Shown here one piece after another: positions 52,201-64,000 of a DNA stretch of 64,000 nt. The notes under the pieces are model-generated. The model saw only the letters and a list, made by a program, of their open reading frames with translations. It was not told the DNA's origin and searched no databases. Source of the DNA: Okamejei kenojei (taxonomy: Eukaryota); contig CM069148.1 in the NCBI GenBank assembly GCA_035221665.1, positions 11,160,001 to 11,224,000 on the forward strand, in the 5' to 3' direction. The first letter of the stretch is position 1; each line of letters opens with the position of its first letter. The position numbers and the translations under genes were made by a program.

Positions 52201-53079
52201 TTGTTTTCCGCGTGAATGATTAAGACACTGAGAAACTAAGGAATGATTTTATTTCCCAGAGCCTTATTGTAAAAAACAAATCCTAACCCCAGCGTCAGTT
52301 GGTCTGGCTGTGGGATAAAAGGACGCACATTTATCCTTCTTTTTACGGATTAGCTCTCAGGAGTAACAACACCAGGGACCGAGTTATTCAATTGGTTCTT
52401 TCGGAGATTTCAAACCGCCCTCCCCCAAAAAAAGACATAAAAGAAAGATAACTTAATTGTCTGTCGTTTGGTGTGTGTTTTTTTTTTTTAATTCCTGTAC
52501 CGCCTATATTTCAAAGACAATCGAGAATAATCGGTTTATGTCTGAAGAAATTGACAATATTATTGTGTTTTACTTCACCTGTATTCAAATACAGCGTATA
52601 TTGGGCATGGGAGCCTTAATCTATATTGCTTGCTCTATAGCATGTAGATTTTTAAGTAGGCTGATAGTATGTAAGGTGCATTTTGAAATGTTGTATTCAA
52701 CTAGAGTGATGGCTGGGAGCAGTTATTATTAAGTTTTAATTTGAGGTTTAACAGCAGAGTCCATAGTTCATTCGCCCTAATTCACCGTTGTTCGTCGGCA
52801 GCCTTGGTTGCAGTGCACAAACCCAAGCTTTCTCCTCGAAATGTTAGGATGGAGATGTAGCCAGGGTGTGGTAGGAAATCAGTAAAGCCAACGAATATCA
52901 GGTGGACGAGTTACTGGAATTTGGATATTTGATGGAGAGTGGGGGGGGGGGGGTGGAGGGCGTGTAGGTTTGGAGGCTTGGAAATTCGTTGAAGAACAGT
53001 TCGTTCAGATTCCTGCACAGAGCAACGGGAGGGAGAAAAAAAAAATGTAAAATAGAAAGCAAAGTTGATGGCAAACCGG

Positions 53080-53450
53080 GAAAATCGTGTCGCCCGCAAA
53101 TCCACCCAGGGAAGCTGTGCAGGTGCAAAGTGTTATAGATGTGGACATTGAACAGGGGATAATGGGGTCGATAAAAATGTCACATTTCGTCCTGCAAAGG
53201 CATAAAATAACGTTGCTCTGGAAATAACATGCTCCAGAGGAATAGTTTCCATTACCGAAAGCGACCAAAACAAATGACAAGAAAAACCTTACAACGTTTT
53301 GGGGGGACGCAACAACTAATATAAATGTAAAGGTTAATTTTGCAACCTGAGTTAAAGAAGATTTTATTTTCTTGTTAGCGAGCAGGCTGGCGCACTGAGA
53401 GAGTCTCATTCACACTGTTGTCCCAAATGCTTTGGCCCATTCTCCTCCTA
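53080..53450. promoter_or_regulatory. Candidate intron-7 conserved enhancer (CE class)
   Basis: Complex non-repetitive block with tgtcac/tgacaa and ttaatt motifs; position-based inference only. Confidence 0.4.
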
Positions 53451-54622
53451 TAGAATGTATACGCGTTGAACAGTCCAACTCGGAGGACATTGATTAATGA
53501 TAGTGCCGTACAAAGGTTAACATACTTCACTGAAAAGTCTGTTGACTGTGATGCTGAAGTGACAATGTGGAGAACTGCCCGCCTGAAGAGAATCCTTTTG
53601 TTGCCTTCCCGCGATAACTAGCGATTGTATTCTCAAAATTCTGCCCAAGAAAATTTGCCAAACCTTCTGGCCCGGGACTTTAATGGTTTCCGTCCCTATG
53701 CTGGCATTGTGCGCCTGAAAGGCTATTCAAGAGTTGGCGGCCACCGCAAAAGACATTTAAAAACCGCCCATATGGTGGTCAGGAACATAGAGACAATCTC
53801 TATTTTAAAGGAAATTCCTTAACTCTCGGAATTTTTATGTAGCTTGGCTTGTGAAACGCGGGTTTCCGTGAGTTTCTAAATGGGCTACGTTCAGAATGCA
53901 AGTGGGTTAGAATCATAGACTTTTCTTTAATTAATTAGGAATTGTGTGTGTGTGTGTGTGGAAATCGGGGTGCATCGTAAACCATTGACTTCGATGGCCA
54001 CATGACACAATAATGCTCGCTGGGTTTCAGCCTTAACGGCTCTTTAAAAGGGTTCGATCAACCATGAATCATATGAAAATTGTTATCTCATAAACCTTGC
54101 AAAGATGTGATTGAGCAGTAATATTGACATATGTTTACAGGATTCTGCTTGCTTTGTTGCCGGAGTTTAATAATGTAAGGTATGTGCTGACAGATGCACT
54201 TCTCTGCACTTGTTTGGTTGTTTAGGCATTGAATACAGTCCTCCGCTATTACAATCAAATATGAATCTAAGCAATCGGGGTCGCTTCAGTTAACCAAAGT
54301 GTTAAAATTTGGATTTATTATAGCGCTCGTCACAATTCTGTTCCTTTTTTAAAAAGTACTTATGTATCACATGTACGAGCTGTCCTTTATTCTATATATA
54401 AGAAAATTACAGGCTGTTATTACTGATAATATAATTGCCGCCAGGCTCAGCAGTGAGAGGCCAAGATTATGAGCTTTCAGACTTCTACTTAAATCAACGA
54501 AGAGAGAAATTCCGGAGTTTGAACTTCTGGAATGTACCGTCTATAAAGTTACTGTGTGACTTGGCGAAGAGGGGTTTGATTAAAACAATGACTGCAGTAG
54601 GGAATATGCGGTAAATACTAGT

Positions 54623-54895
54623 ATGTAGGAAGGAACTGCAGATGGTAGTTTACACCGAAAGACAGAAAATGCTGGAGTAACTCATCGGGTCAGGCAGCAT
54701 CTCTGGGGAAAAGGAATAGGCGACGTTTTGAGGTCTACTGTGGGCTCTTTAGCCATCGGAGCCCTTTTCATACCTCGAGTTTCCCTTTCCTTGACTCTCG
54801 GTCTGAGGAAGGGTCTCGACCCGAAACGTAACTTATTCCTTTTCTCACAGAGATGCTGCCTGACCCGCAGAGTTATTCCAGCATTTTCTGTCTAT
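54623..54895. mobile_element. Penelope-like inverted terminal pair
   Basis: gtaggaaggaactgcag...caggcagcatctctgg then ctgaggaagggtctcgacccgaaacg...gatgctgcctgacccg. Similar units occur at 19420-19630, 22990-23137, 50165-50840, 55297-55655 and 61320-61530. Confidence 0.65.
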
Positions 54896-56042
54896 ATTCA
54901 TGGAGAATACTAGTTTGAGATGGAAACTCTGGGGTATTGTCGTTTCAAATGGTAGTCTGCATATTAACAGTATCGGGATATTGTCATTTTGGGACTGGAG
55001 TTGGACTGGCCGTTGCACGGAGCTCAGCAATTAAAGACTTGTTCACTAATAGTGTAACAGAGACGCCGAGGGTTACGAGGACTGGCGACTCCTAACATCG
55101 TAGTTGATTCTATGGTAAATTTATCAAGTTATCAGAAGGTCCAAAAGTCTTGCCGTGACCTGTCCCTGTAGCCCGTCCGGTGCCAAACACTGCGAGTGGT
55201 TTCACACTTGGTTCCAGTAATCCAGTAAACAGGATGTCCTCTTGACCCATGAGGTTACTGCCGGCTCCCATCCAGATCGATGTAATAGCGCAGAGAGTGT
55301 AGGAAGGAAATGCAGTTGCTGGTTTAACAAAAAAGTTAAAGACACACAAAAAAGCTGGAGTACCTCAACGGGCCAGGCAGCATCTTTGGAGAAAAGGAAT
55401 AGGTGATGTTACGGGTTGTTTCCACCTAGCCCACAGCTAACAATGGACCTTGATTATCGTTACTTTTCGGCATAATATTTCGTTCATTTGTTCTAACCTC
55501 TCTCTATGTCACCGTTTACATGTCTCGTTTCCGTTTCATCTGACTCTCCGTCTGAAGAAGAGACTGGACCCGCAATGCCAACTGTAAGGTTTTTCTTCCT
55601 TTTCTCCAGAGATGCTACCTGACCGCTGAGTTATTCCAGCTTTTTGTGTCCATCTAATATTAGAGATTCTGCTATCTCTGAAGCAAAAGACCATGCCCGC
55701 TTGAAGTTGCAATTTCCCCACTCCCATCAATTTAACGTTAGCTTCATCTAAACAATCAACTCATTACATGTTTATTGGTGAATTAAGAATGTAATAGAAT
55801 ACGGGCCAGGCCATTATGTCCATCTGGTCGTGTTGTTAATAATGGGAATAAAAAATATTGGAACGAAGGATTGATAGTACAATGTATAAAAACGATTAAA
55901 TAATATGAAATGAATTATTTAAGCAGTGTTTTTTTATTCTTAAATGTAAAACAATAAAAATATGGGTAAATAGGTTGTATTGTATTTGGTGTAAACCAGC
56001 ATCTGCAGTTCCTTCCTGCACAAACTATTACTTAAGTCGTGA

Positions 56043-56327
<285 letters not shown>

Positions 56328-56359
56328 TGAGTGCTTGACATTAATACCAAGAGGGTGGG

Positions 56360-56522
56360 GGAGCGGGTGAGGGTGAGGGAGAGGGAGAGGGTGAGGGAGC
56401 GGGAGAGGGAGAGGGAGAGGGAGAGGGAGAAGGAAATGTAGATGGATAGATATAGAGACTGAGAAAGAGGGGAGGGAGGGAGAGCGGGAGGGATGGAGAG
56501 AGAAAGAAAGAGAGTGAGAGGG
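56360..56522. repeat. GA-rich simple repeat (gggaga)n
   Basis: Direct reading. Confidence 0.85.
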
Positions 56523-59236
56523 TGCATAAGAGCGATTTTTTCATTTCTACACAGATTTTCAGACAAACATTTAACGTCTGTCCCTATCTGGCCTTGAGAA
56601 GGCAACAATAAAGACAATGTTGCAACCACAGAGTAATAGAGTTTCATAGAGAAATACAGGATGGAAATAGCTCTTTCGCCCCAACTCATCCATGCTGATT
56701 AAAATGCCCATTTAAGCTAGTCCCATTTACCTGTGTTTGGCCAATATATTTCTAAACATTTATAATGTATTTGAAATATTGTAATTTTACCTGCCTCCGC
56801 TAATTTCTCTGGCAGCTCATTCCATGTACCCACCATCCACTGTTTGAGGAAGTTACCCCTCAGGTCCATTTTAAACCTCTTCCCTTTCACCTTAAGTCTC
56901 TAATTTATGATTGTCCTTCTCTGGGGAAAAGGCTGTGTGCATTTACCTTATCTATGGCCCTCCTTATTTTGTGCAGTTCATGAGGTCACCACACAGTCTT
57001 CTAAGCTCCAAGGCATAATGTTTTACTTTAGGAGGGTCTAAAGAAGTCAGGTCACCATCCTGAAATGTTGTTGGTCCATTCCACCAGATGCTGCCTGACT
57101 CTCTGAGGTCCTCCAGCATGTTGTGTTTTGGATAAAGCCCTAACCTGCCCAACCTCTCCCCACAACACAGGTCGTTGAGTCCTGGATATTATTTGCACTC
57201 TTATATTAAGAGTATTTTCAGTATTATTATTAATTGCATATTTCCCTATTATTGGGTGGTCAAATCTATACCCAACATCCAAGTCTGTGTGCTAATTGTT
57301 AGATTTTTTACACATTAAGGGAATCAAGGTATGTTGAGTTGTACATAAAGGTTAAAGGTCAGCCATGGTTTATTGAATGGCTGGTAGCAAAGGGGTTGAG
57401 GGGCAGGTTTGACTGATCTACTCCTGTTCATTTTTAATGTTCTTATGAAAGCTCTCTCATTGTGCTGTTGCTAGAAATTATAAGGACTTGAGCCCACAGT
57501 AATGAAAGATCAATTATATATTTCCAAGTAAGGATGGTGTGTGAGTTAGAGGTTGTGATATTCCCACGGGCATGCTGCCTTTATTTAATGCACTGTAGAT
57601 GGCAGATTTGGAAGATGCAGCCACATAAGCTTTGATGGGTTGCTGCAGTGCATATATTAATTTAATGTTTAATGCACATATAGCAGCAACAAGCACTGTT
57701 GATGGAGGAAGCGATGTTTGAAATGATAAAATTATATCAATGAGGTGACATTCATGGCAGAATACCAGCTTTTGAATGTCCTTACAGCTACAGTATTTTC
57801 ATATTTGATGCAACTAATGTTTTTCTCTATGCTGAGCTCCCCTTGATGGTAGACCATAGAACAGTACAGAACAGGAACAGGCCCATTGGCATACAATGTC
57901 TGTGCCAAACTTGATGCCAAGTTAATCTAATCTCACCTACCCACATTTGCTCCATATCCCTCTATTCCCTGCATATCCATTTTGATGAGGATCCAACTAC
58001 TGAAGGCCACAGTGTGGTATTTGCTTTCTTTTATTGGAGATGATCACTGCCTTGCACTTATGCGTTACAAATATTATTAATGAATATCAGCCCAAACATT
58101 GTTGCCCAGGTCTTGTTGCATGTGGATAGGCACAGCTTGACTTCAAAGGAAAAGCGAGAGAGATAGAAATACAGAGAACATGAAGTGCGGGGGGGGGGGG
58201 GGGGGGGATTAGCAAAAGAGCAGTGTGCGACTGGTGGTGAATGAGTTTGTGGATCAGAACACATAGGAGTCAAGTCAAGAGTCACAAGAGTGTTTTATTG
58301 TCATATGTCCCAGACAGAACAATGAAATTCATACTTGCAGCAGCACAACTGATTATGCAAGTGAGTATGTGAGACAAATTGTTTATGAAAGTATGTTTGA
58401 GTGAAAGAGTGAGATCATGAGCATGGAAGTGTGAGTATGCACATAAAAATGAAATAATTTGATAGAGAACATTCTAAGAATGTGACAGTCAGATAGTGAG
58501 GTTGCGTATGAAAGGGAAAGAGAGAGACAGTGACAAGAGAATAAATGAAAAGTGGAGCATGGTGCTTGAAAAGTAAAGAATCATATCTTATGCTCCCTAC
58601 CACCCCGTTTTATTTGATTTTTGGAAGATCTGGGAGATACAGCACGGAAATGGGCCCTTCAGCATAACTCAGACATGCTGATCAAGATTCCTCCTTGAGC
58701 AAATCCAATTTACACGTGTTTGGTCCATATCCCTCTAAAACCTTCCTATCCATGTACCTGTCCACATGTCGTTTAAATGCTGATAATGCATGTACCTCCC
58801 CAAATGTTGTCTTACAAAGAACATTTGGACAGGTTAGAACCGTGAGAGGTGACTTGATTGAAGATGAGATGGAGGTCTTGATAAGTGGAGAGAATTGTTT
58901 CCTCTCAAGAGAGAATGGTAAACTGGGGTCAATATCTCAGAACAAGGAGACACCAAGTCAAGATTCAGATCATGTGAAACGTGTTCTCTTGGAAGTCCAC
59001 AAGACTTTGGTACTCTCTTCCTCAAAGGATGATGGAAGAAGAGACTGGATATTTTAAGACAGAATTATACAGACACATGATTAGCAATAAGATGAAATGT
59101 TTGCTAGGGATAGGCTGGAATGTGGAATTGATGTTAGAGCCACGTCAGTCATTACTTTATGAAATAGCACCCCATTCCTGCCCCTTAACTGCATGTTCAT
59201 ATGTTTGTACATATTTGACAAGATCTGTAAACAAAT

Positions 59237-59328
59237 CTGAAGAAGGGTCTCGACCCGAAACGTTGCCTATCTCCTTCGCTCCTTAGATGCTGCTGCACCC
59301 GCTGAGTTTCTCCAGCCTTTTGTGTACC
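59237..59328 (+). mobile_element. 92-bp Penelope-derived insertion with hammerhead-like core and 7-bp TSD
   Basis: aacaaat at 59230-59236 and 59329-59335; 2 mismatches to the copy at 28163-28253. Confidence 0.85.
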
Positions 59329-59355
59329 AACAAATAAAAACATCTTGTTTTCCAG

Positions 59356-59438
59356 AATTTGAAAGAACTCATTATCCCGATGTGTTTGCCAGAGAACGAT
59401 TAGCAGCCAAAATTGATCTACCTGAAGCTAGGATACAG
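59356..59438 (+). CDS. PAX6: PAX6 exon 9 (homeodomain)
   Basis: [28 protein letters not shown]; 83 nt; ccag| and |gtaaac. Confidence 0.99.
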
Positions 59439-59619
59439 GTAAACCAAAATCTACTTTACTATGGTCATTGGCATTGAAATTATGCTAAATGCAAAATAAA
59501 TCAGTGTCTTTTGAATTGTCGTGACAATATTTCCCAAAATTTGGACCTGGAACTTTTTTTTCCTGTCTGATGTGGATCTGGAATGATAATTTCAGTCCCA
59601 CTCTTGGAGTGGGACCCCT

Positions 59620-60110
59620 GATAGAAGCAGGGTCGGTTCACCAGGTTAATTCCCGGGATAGCGGGACTTTTCATCATTCCCAAAACGATGAAGGAATTGA
59701 ATGACGGGGCTTGCATTCACTGGAATTTAGAAGGATGGTTATAGAAATATATATATATATTTTTTTTTTAAGGGATTGGACAAGCGAGATGCAGGAAACA
59801 TGTTCCTGATGTTGGGAGAGTCCAGAATCAGGGGCCACAGTTTAAGAATAAGGGGTAGATGAGGAAAAACGTTTTCACCCAGAGAGTTGTGAATTCGTGG
59901 AATTCTCTGCCTCAGAAGGCAGTGGAGGCCGATTCACTGGATACATTCAAAAGATAATTAGATAGTGCTCTTAGGGCTAGCGGAATCCAGGGATATGGGG
60001 AGAAGGCAGGAATGGGGTACTGATTGTGGTTGATCAGCCATGATCACATGGAATGGCGGTGCTGGCTCGAAGGGCCGAATGGCCTACTCCTGCATCTATC
60101 TATGTATCTA
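59620..60110 (+). mobile_element. CR1 LINE 3' fragment in intron 9
   Basis: Similar to 9895-10380 (ggttcaccagg..gaatttag..gatgcagga..ggctcgaagggccgaatggcctactcctgca). Confidence 0.85.
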
Positions 60111-60170
60111 ATATTTTTTTTCTTTAAATTGCTATTGATTAAGATTTCTGTTCCATTTCCGTTTTGGTAG

Positions 60171-60464
<294 letters not shown>

Positions 60465-60660
60465 TGACCTAAACACCACACCATCAGTCATCCAGTTACG
60501 AAAAAGTGCAACCACAAAAAAACCCAGTGCAAAGTCATTAAAGTAGTGAATGATTTAAGAATCAGCAAGCTTTATAAACATCAAGCTTAATATCTTTTAA
60601 GGAACGCCAACATTTTCTAAACCGCCAACTGCTGTCGAATTAATTTAAAGATTTCAAGTG

Positions 60661-60689
<29 letters not shown>
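60661..60689. repeat. (CA)n microsatellite
   Basis: Direct reading. Confidence 0.95.
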
Positions 60690-60692
<3 letters not shown>

Positions 60693-61579
60693 TATTCAAT
60701 TGAGTATTCAGATCCTGTAATTATGATTCCCCAAGATCTGAAAGTGCAGTGATTATAATGAGAGAACATGGTATGGTAAAATGTTATCTGCTTTTGCGGC
60801 CCATTTGTCCACATACCCCCCGAGGGCATCGTAAGAAAAGAAATATGTTCTACATGGAATTGTAGCCTTAATTGGGTCAGGGCTAATGGGAAACATTCCG
60901 TTGAAGCTAGAATTTTCTCAGTGTGTTAAACCAGGGACAGATGAGTTGTCCTTAATGGGGAAGCTGTCTGATAAGGGAGACAATCTGTTTCTATCAAGGT
61001 AGTTAGGACTGGGTCACAATGTGAAAACACTATCAAATCATCTACAGTTCCGCAATATTACATGGGGAATTATCTCTGAAATCCCATGCGATTTATGGTG
61101 CGAGGGTTGTAAATTTCATTGCGTTACTTACAATGCGTCGGAGAAACTGTATTCATTCTCCCCTCCACCGTTTAAAAGACAAACCCGGTGGGCTCATCCT
61201 GTTAGGAAGGGACAGAGTTGACCCGCTGAGGTTTGTCAAATCAAGAATGGCGTTTGGTGAGGAGAACGGTCCCGGCTAATTGGTGGCTATGATTATATTT
61301 GCCAAAGCCGAGTTCGGCAACACATTTTCAATTGTTAGAGCAAAACACAACGTACTGGAGGAACTCAGTGTGTCAGGCAGTTCTGCGGAGGGAATTGTCA
61401 GGCGACATTTCGGGTCTGAAGAGGGGCTCTCAACCCGAAACATCATCTGCCCATTCTCTCCACAGATGTTGCCTGACCCGCTGGGTTCTTCCAGCATTTT
61501 GTGTTTTGCTAAAGATTCCAGCATCTGCAACTAAATGTATCTCTAGTGACTAGAGGTCGGCTACTTGTCCACGCAGATA

Positions 61580-61812
61580 TACGGGAAAAAATTTTCACCC
61601 AGAGAGTTGTGAATTTGTGGAATTCTATGCCTCAGAAGGCAGTGGAGGCGGATTCACTGGATGCATTCAAAAGAGAGTTAGATAGAGCTCTTATAGCTAG
61701 AGAAATCAAAAGGTATGGGGAGAAGGCAGCAACGGGGTACTGATTGTGGATAAACAAACCATGATCTCATTGAATGACGGCCTACTCTTGCACCTACTTT
61801 CTAAGTTTCTAT
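61580..61812 (+). mobile_element. CR1 LINE 3' fragment in intron 10
   Basis: FTQRVVNLWNSMPQKAVEA...YGEKAATGY* plus ttctaagtttctatg tail. Confidence 0.85.
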
Positions 61813-62500
61813 GTAAGGAGAGAGGGAAAACAATCTCCAGCAGATCTTTGGCAGCAGTGGGAGAACTGGATCACGAACGGGGAGGAGAGAAGGGGTGGGG
61901 GGGGGGGGGGGGGGGGGGGGGGGGGTGATTAAGTTCAGACGAGGGAGCTAGCAAAAATTAAAAACAATCCCATTAGCCCTGACCCAAAAATAACTCTCCC
62001 TGAAAATTATACAAGTTCCGCGTTTGCGGGTCAATTGAAACTGACCAAACTGCGGTTGATAGATCTGAAGAAGGGTCCTGACCCGATTCATCACCCATCC
62101 TTTTTCTCCGGGGATGTTGCCTGACCCGCCGAGTTACGCCAGTACTTTGTGTCTATCTTTGGATAGATGACAGTAGCGTAAAGTAATTGAGATTTTTTTT
62201 TTTAAACCGAAGCAGGTAAATTGAGTTTAAAAACAGATCAGTCATTGTCCAAATCTTCCGATGAATGGGAGTTGTACAGAGTCTGTAAGTGGGAGACTGC
62301 CGAGGGATTGGGTGGGGAATGGAAATAGGAACCAGTAAAATCATAAACAGCATAAACTGGACTAGGACATGGACTGGGCCTCTCTTCCCATTGTTCAGTG
62401 TACTAAATAAAATGCGTGCATTGGTTGATTAGAGCTTAATGAGGTGGCTATGGCACAGAATGTATCCTGATTATAGCGTGTTCTCATCTTCCATTTGCAG

Positions 62501-62616
62501 TGTCCTCTTTTGCCCCGGGCGCAATGCTGGGCCGGGCAGACACGTCTCTCACTAACACTTACAGCGCGCTGCCACCAATGCCCACTTTCAGCATGGCAAA
62601 CAACCTGTCTATGCAA
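62501..62616 (+). CDS. PAX6: PAX6 exon 11 (PST domain)
   Basis: [39 protein letters not shown]; 116 nt; gcag| and |gtaagt. Confidence 0.97.
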
Positions 62617-62715
62617 GTAAGTATGGACCAGAGCAAACAGAGTCAAGAGCCATTCAATGCTTTCTCTACGGCATGCACAAACGGATCTTGTGTTTTCCAT
62701 TTATTTTTCGACAAG

Positions 62716-62866
62716 TCGCCAGTATCCAGCCAAACGCCGTCATATTCCTGTATGCTGCCCACCAGCCCGACAGTCAATGGACGCAGCTATGACACGTACA
62801 CGCCGCCTCACATGCAGTCACATATGAATCCTCAGACCATGGGCTCTTCCGGCGCCACATCCACAG
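62716..62866 (+). CDS. PAX6: PAX6 exon 12 (PST domain)
   Basis: [50 protein letters not shown]; 151 nt; caag| and |gtgaga. Confidence 0.95.
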
Positions 62867-62989
62867 GTGAGAACCATCGGAAAACCTTCAGCAGCTCTGG
62901 CCCAGATATATACGAGTTAATTGTCTATGAAATTGCGCTTTTGTTGCCTCTCCGTTTCTCAACTAACCCACCTCGGCACAATTTTAACA

Positions 62990-63400
62990 ACATGGAACTG
63001 CAGATGCTGGTTTATACCAAAGATAGACACAAAATGGTGTAACTGAGACTGATTGTAATAAGGGGGAGAAAGTTGGAAAAGGGCCGGGGCGGGGAAAAAT
63101 CTGGCAAGTGATAGGTGGATACAGGTGAGGGGTTGATTGGTAAATGGATAGTCAAAGGGTCGAGATTAAGAGGAAACAACGAGGTGTCAGAAAAGGAGAG
63201 AAAAGAGGAATGATATGTAAAACTTGAGGGTGGGTGGGGGATAGATACGGGGGGGAAGGGAATAAGTGGGGAAATGAAGGCAAAAATGGGGTGAGGGTGA
63301 CACGGGAGAGAGAGTGGGGAGAACGGGTGTTACTAAAAATTGGAGAAGTCAATGTTCATACCTAGGCCACCCCAGCGGAATATGAGGCGTGCTGTTCCAG
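62990..63400 (-). mobile_element. Penelope-like retroelement 3' fragment
   Basis: Minus strand of 63333-63400 reads LEQH/(frameshift)LIFRWGGLGMNIDFSNF*, like the end of the PLE GIY-YIG region, followed by a pyrimidine-rich UTR and the shared terminal repeat. Confidence 0.7.
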
Positions 63401-63989
63401 CAGGGGAGGTTTTGCTTGTCGTAATTATATAAGAGTTAACCGGTTATCTAAAATAGGAGTACCACAGCAGTTTTATTTAAGAGGAAAGTGTTTGGCCAGT
63501 GCACACAATGTCCTTCAGTAACATTAAAGGTAAAAGGGAGGGAATAGAAGAGCTCGCAGGGTTCTGTACGCCGAGTAAATGGATAGGTCAAAATAAAGGC
63601 CCGGCTTAATTGCGACGCTGTTACTTAAAATAGCAGCAACCCTCTTGCACAAGTGCAGCAAACATTATTATATTTAACCTCCCCCCGAGGGACGGTGCAG
63701 TCAAGTCAGATAATAAACAAGTTATGTTTTTTTTTTAACTGAATTATTTGGGGAATTAGGACGCACCGATAATAAATAAATACTTCTGTTTTTCTGATGA
63801 TTTTGTTTTGTGGCGTTTCAATATTATCCCTTTGCACAACAAGTTGTTATTGTAAAATTGGAAGAGAAAAAAAAAACAACCATCGCGTGCAGAATAAAAG
63901 GGGTAAATTAAGAGGTGGGTTTTTGTTGTTGCTGTTATTGTTGTAGTTTGATGCTGTTTTAACGGTGGGTTTTGTTTTGATTCTGGCAG

Positions 63990-64000
63990 GACTTATTTCC
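63990..64000 (+). CDS. PAX6: PAX6 exon 13 start (GLIS..., truncated by window end)
   Basis: ttttgattctggcag|gacttatttcc continues G-L-I-S in phase with exon 12. Confidence 0.93.

Noticed and set aside
61898-61925. Long G/C homopolymers (also 21166-21192, 40960-40984 and others) as G-quadruplex elements
   Set aside because: Scattered throughout the window, including inside repeats; lengths are unreliable and no specific function can be supported.

Overview
Vertebrate (eukaryotic) genomic DNA containing almost the whole PAX6 locus on the + strand. The repeat content (HE1/V-SINE-like tRNA SINEs, HER1/CR1-type LINEs, Penelope-like fragments) points to a cartilaginous fish, probably a skate or ray; this is inference. 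Bases 1-23 kb are repeat-rich upstream DNA with two near-identical inverted CR1 copies and a TIR-bounded GC-rich element. The pancreas and lens/ectodermal enhancers lie at about 24 kb, P0 at about 31 kb and P1/exon 1 at about 37.9 kb, followed by UTR exons 2-3 and the alpha/neuroretina element at about 44.5 kb. Coding exons 4, 5, 5a and 6-12 plus the first 11 nt of exon 13 all have intact splice sites and the exon sizes I recall for human PAX6. The most notable observations are: a degenerate tandem duplicate of the exon 5a acceptor carrying a premature stop; a split uORF whose fate depends on exon 3 (GC donor) and whose skipped product resembles the teleost Pax6 N-terminal extension; tiny TSD-flanked Penelope-derived elements carrying a hammerhead-like core; a 1.2-kb TIR element with an internal foldback; and a stop-free in-frame intron 11. 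All cross-species comparisons come from memory and need alignment to confirm.
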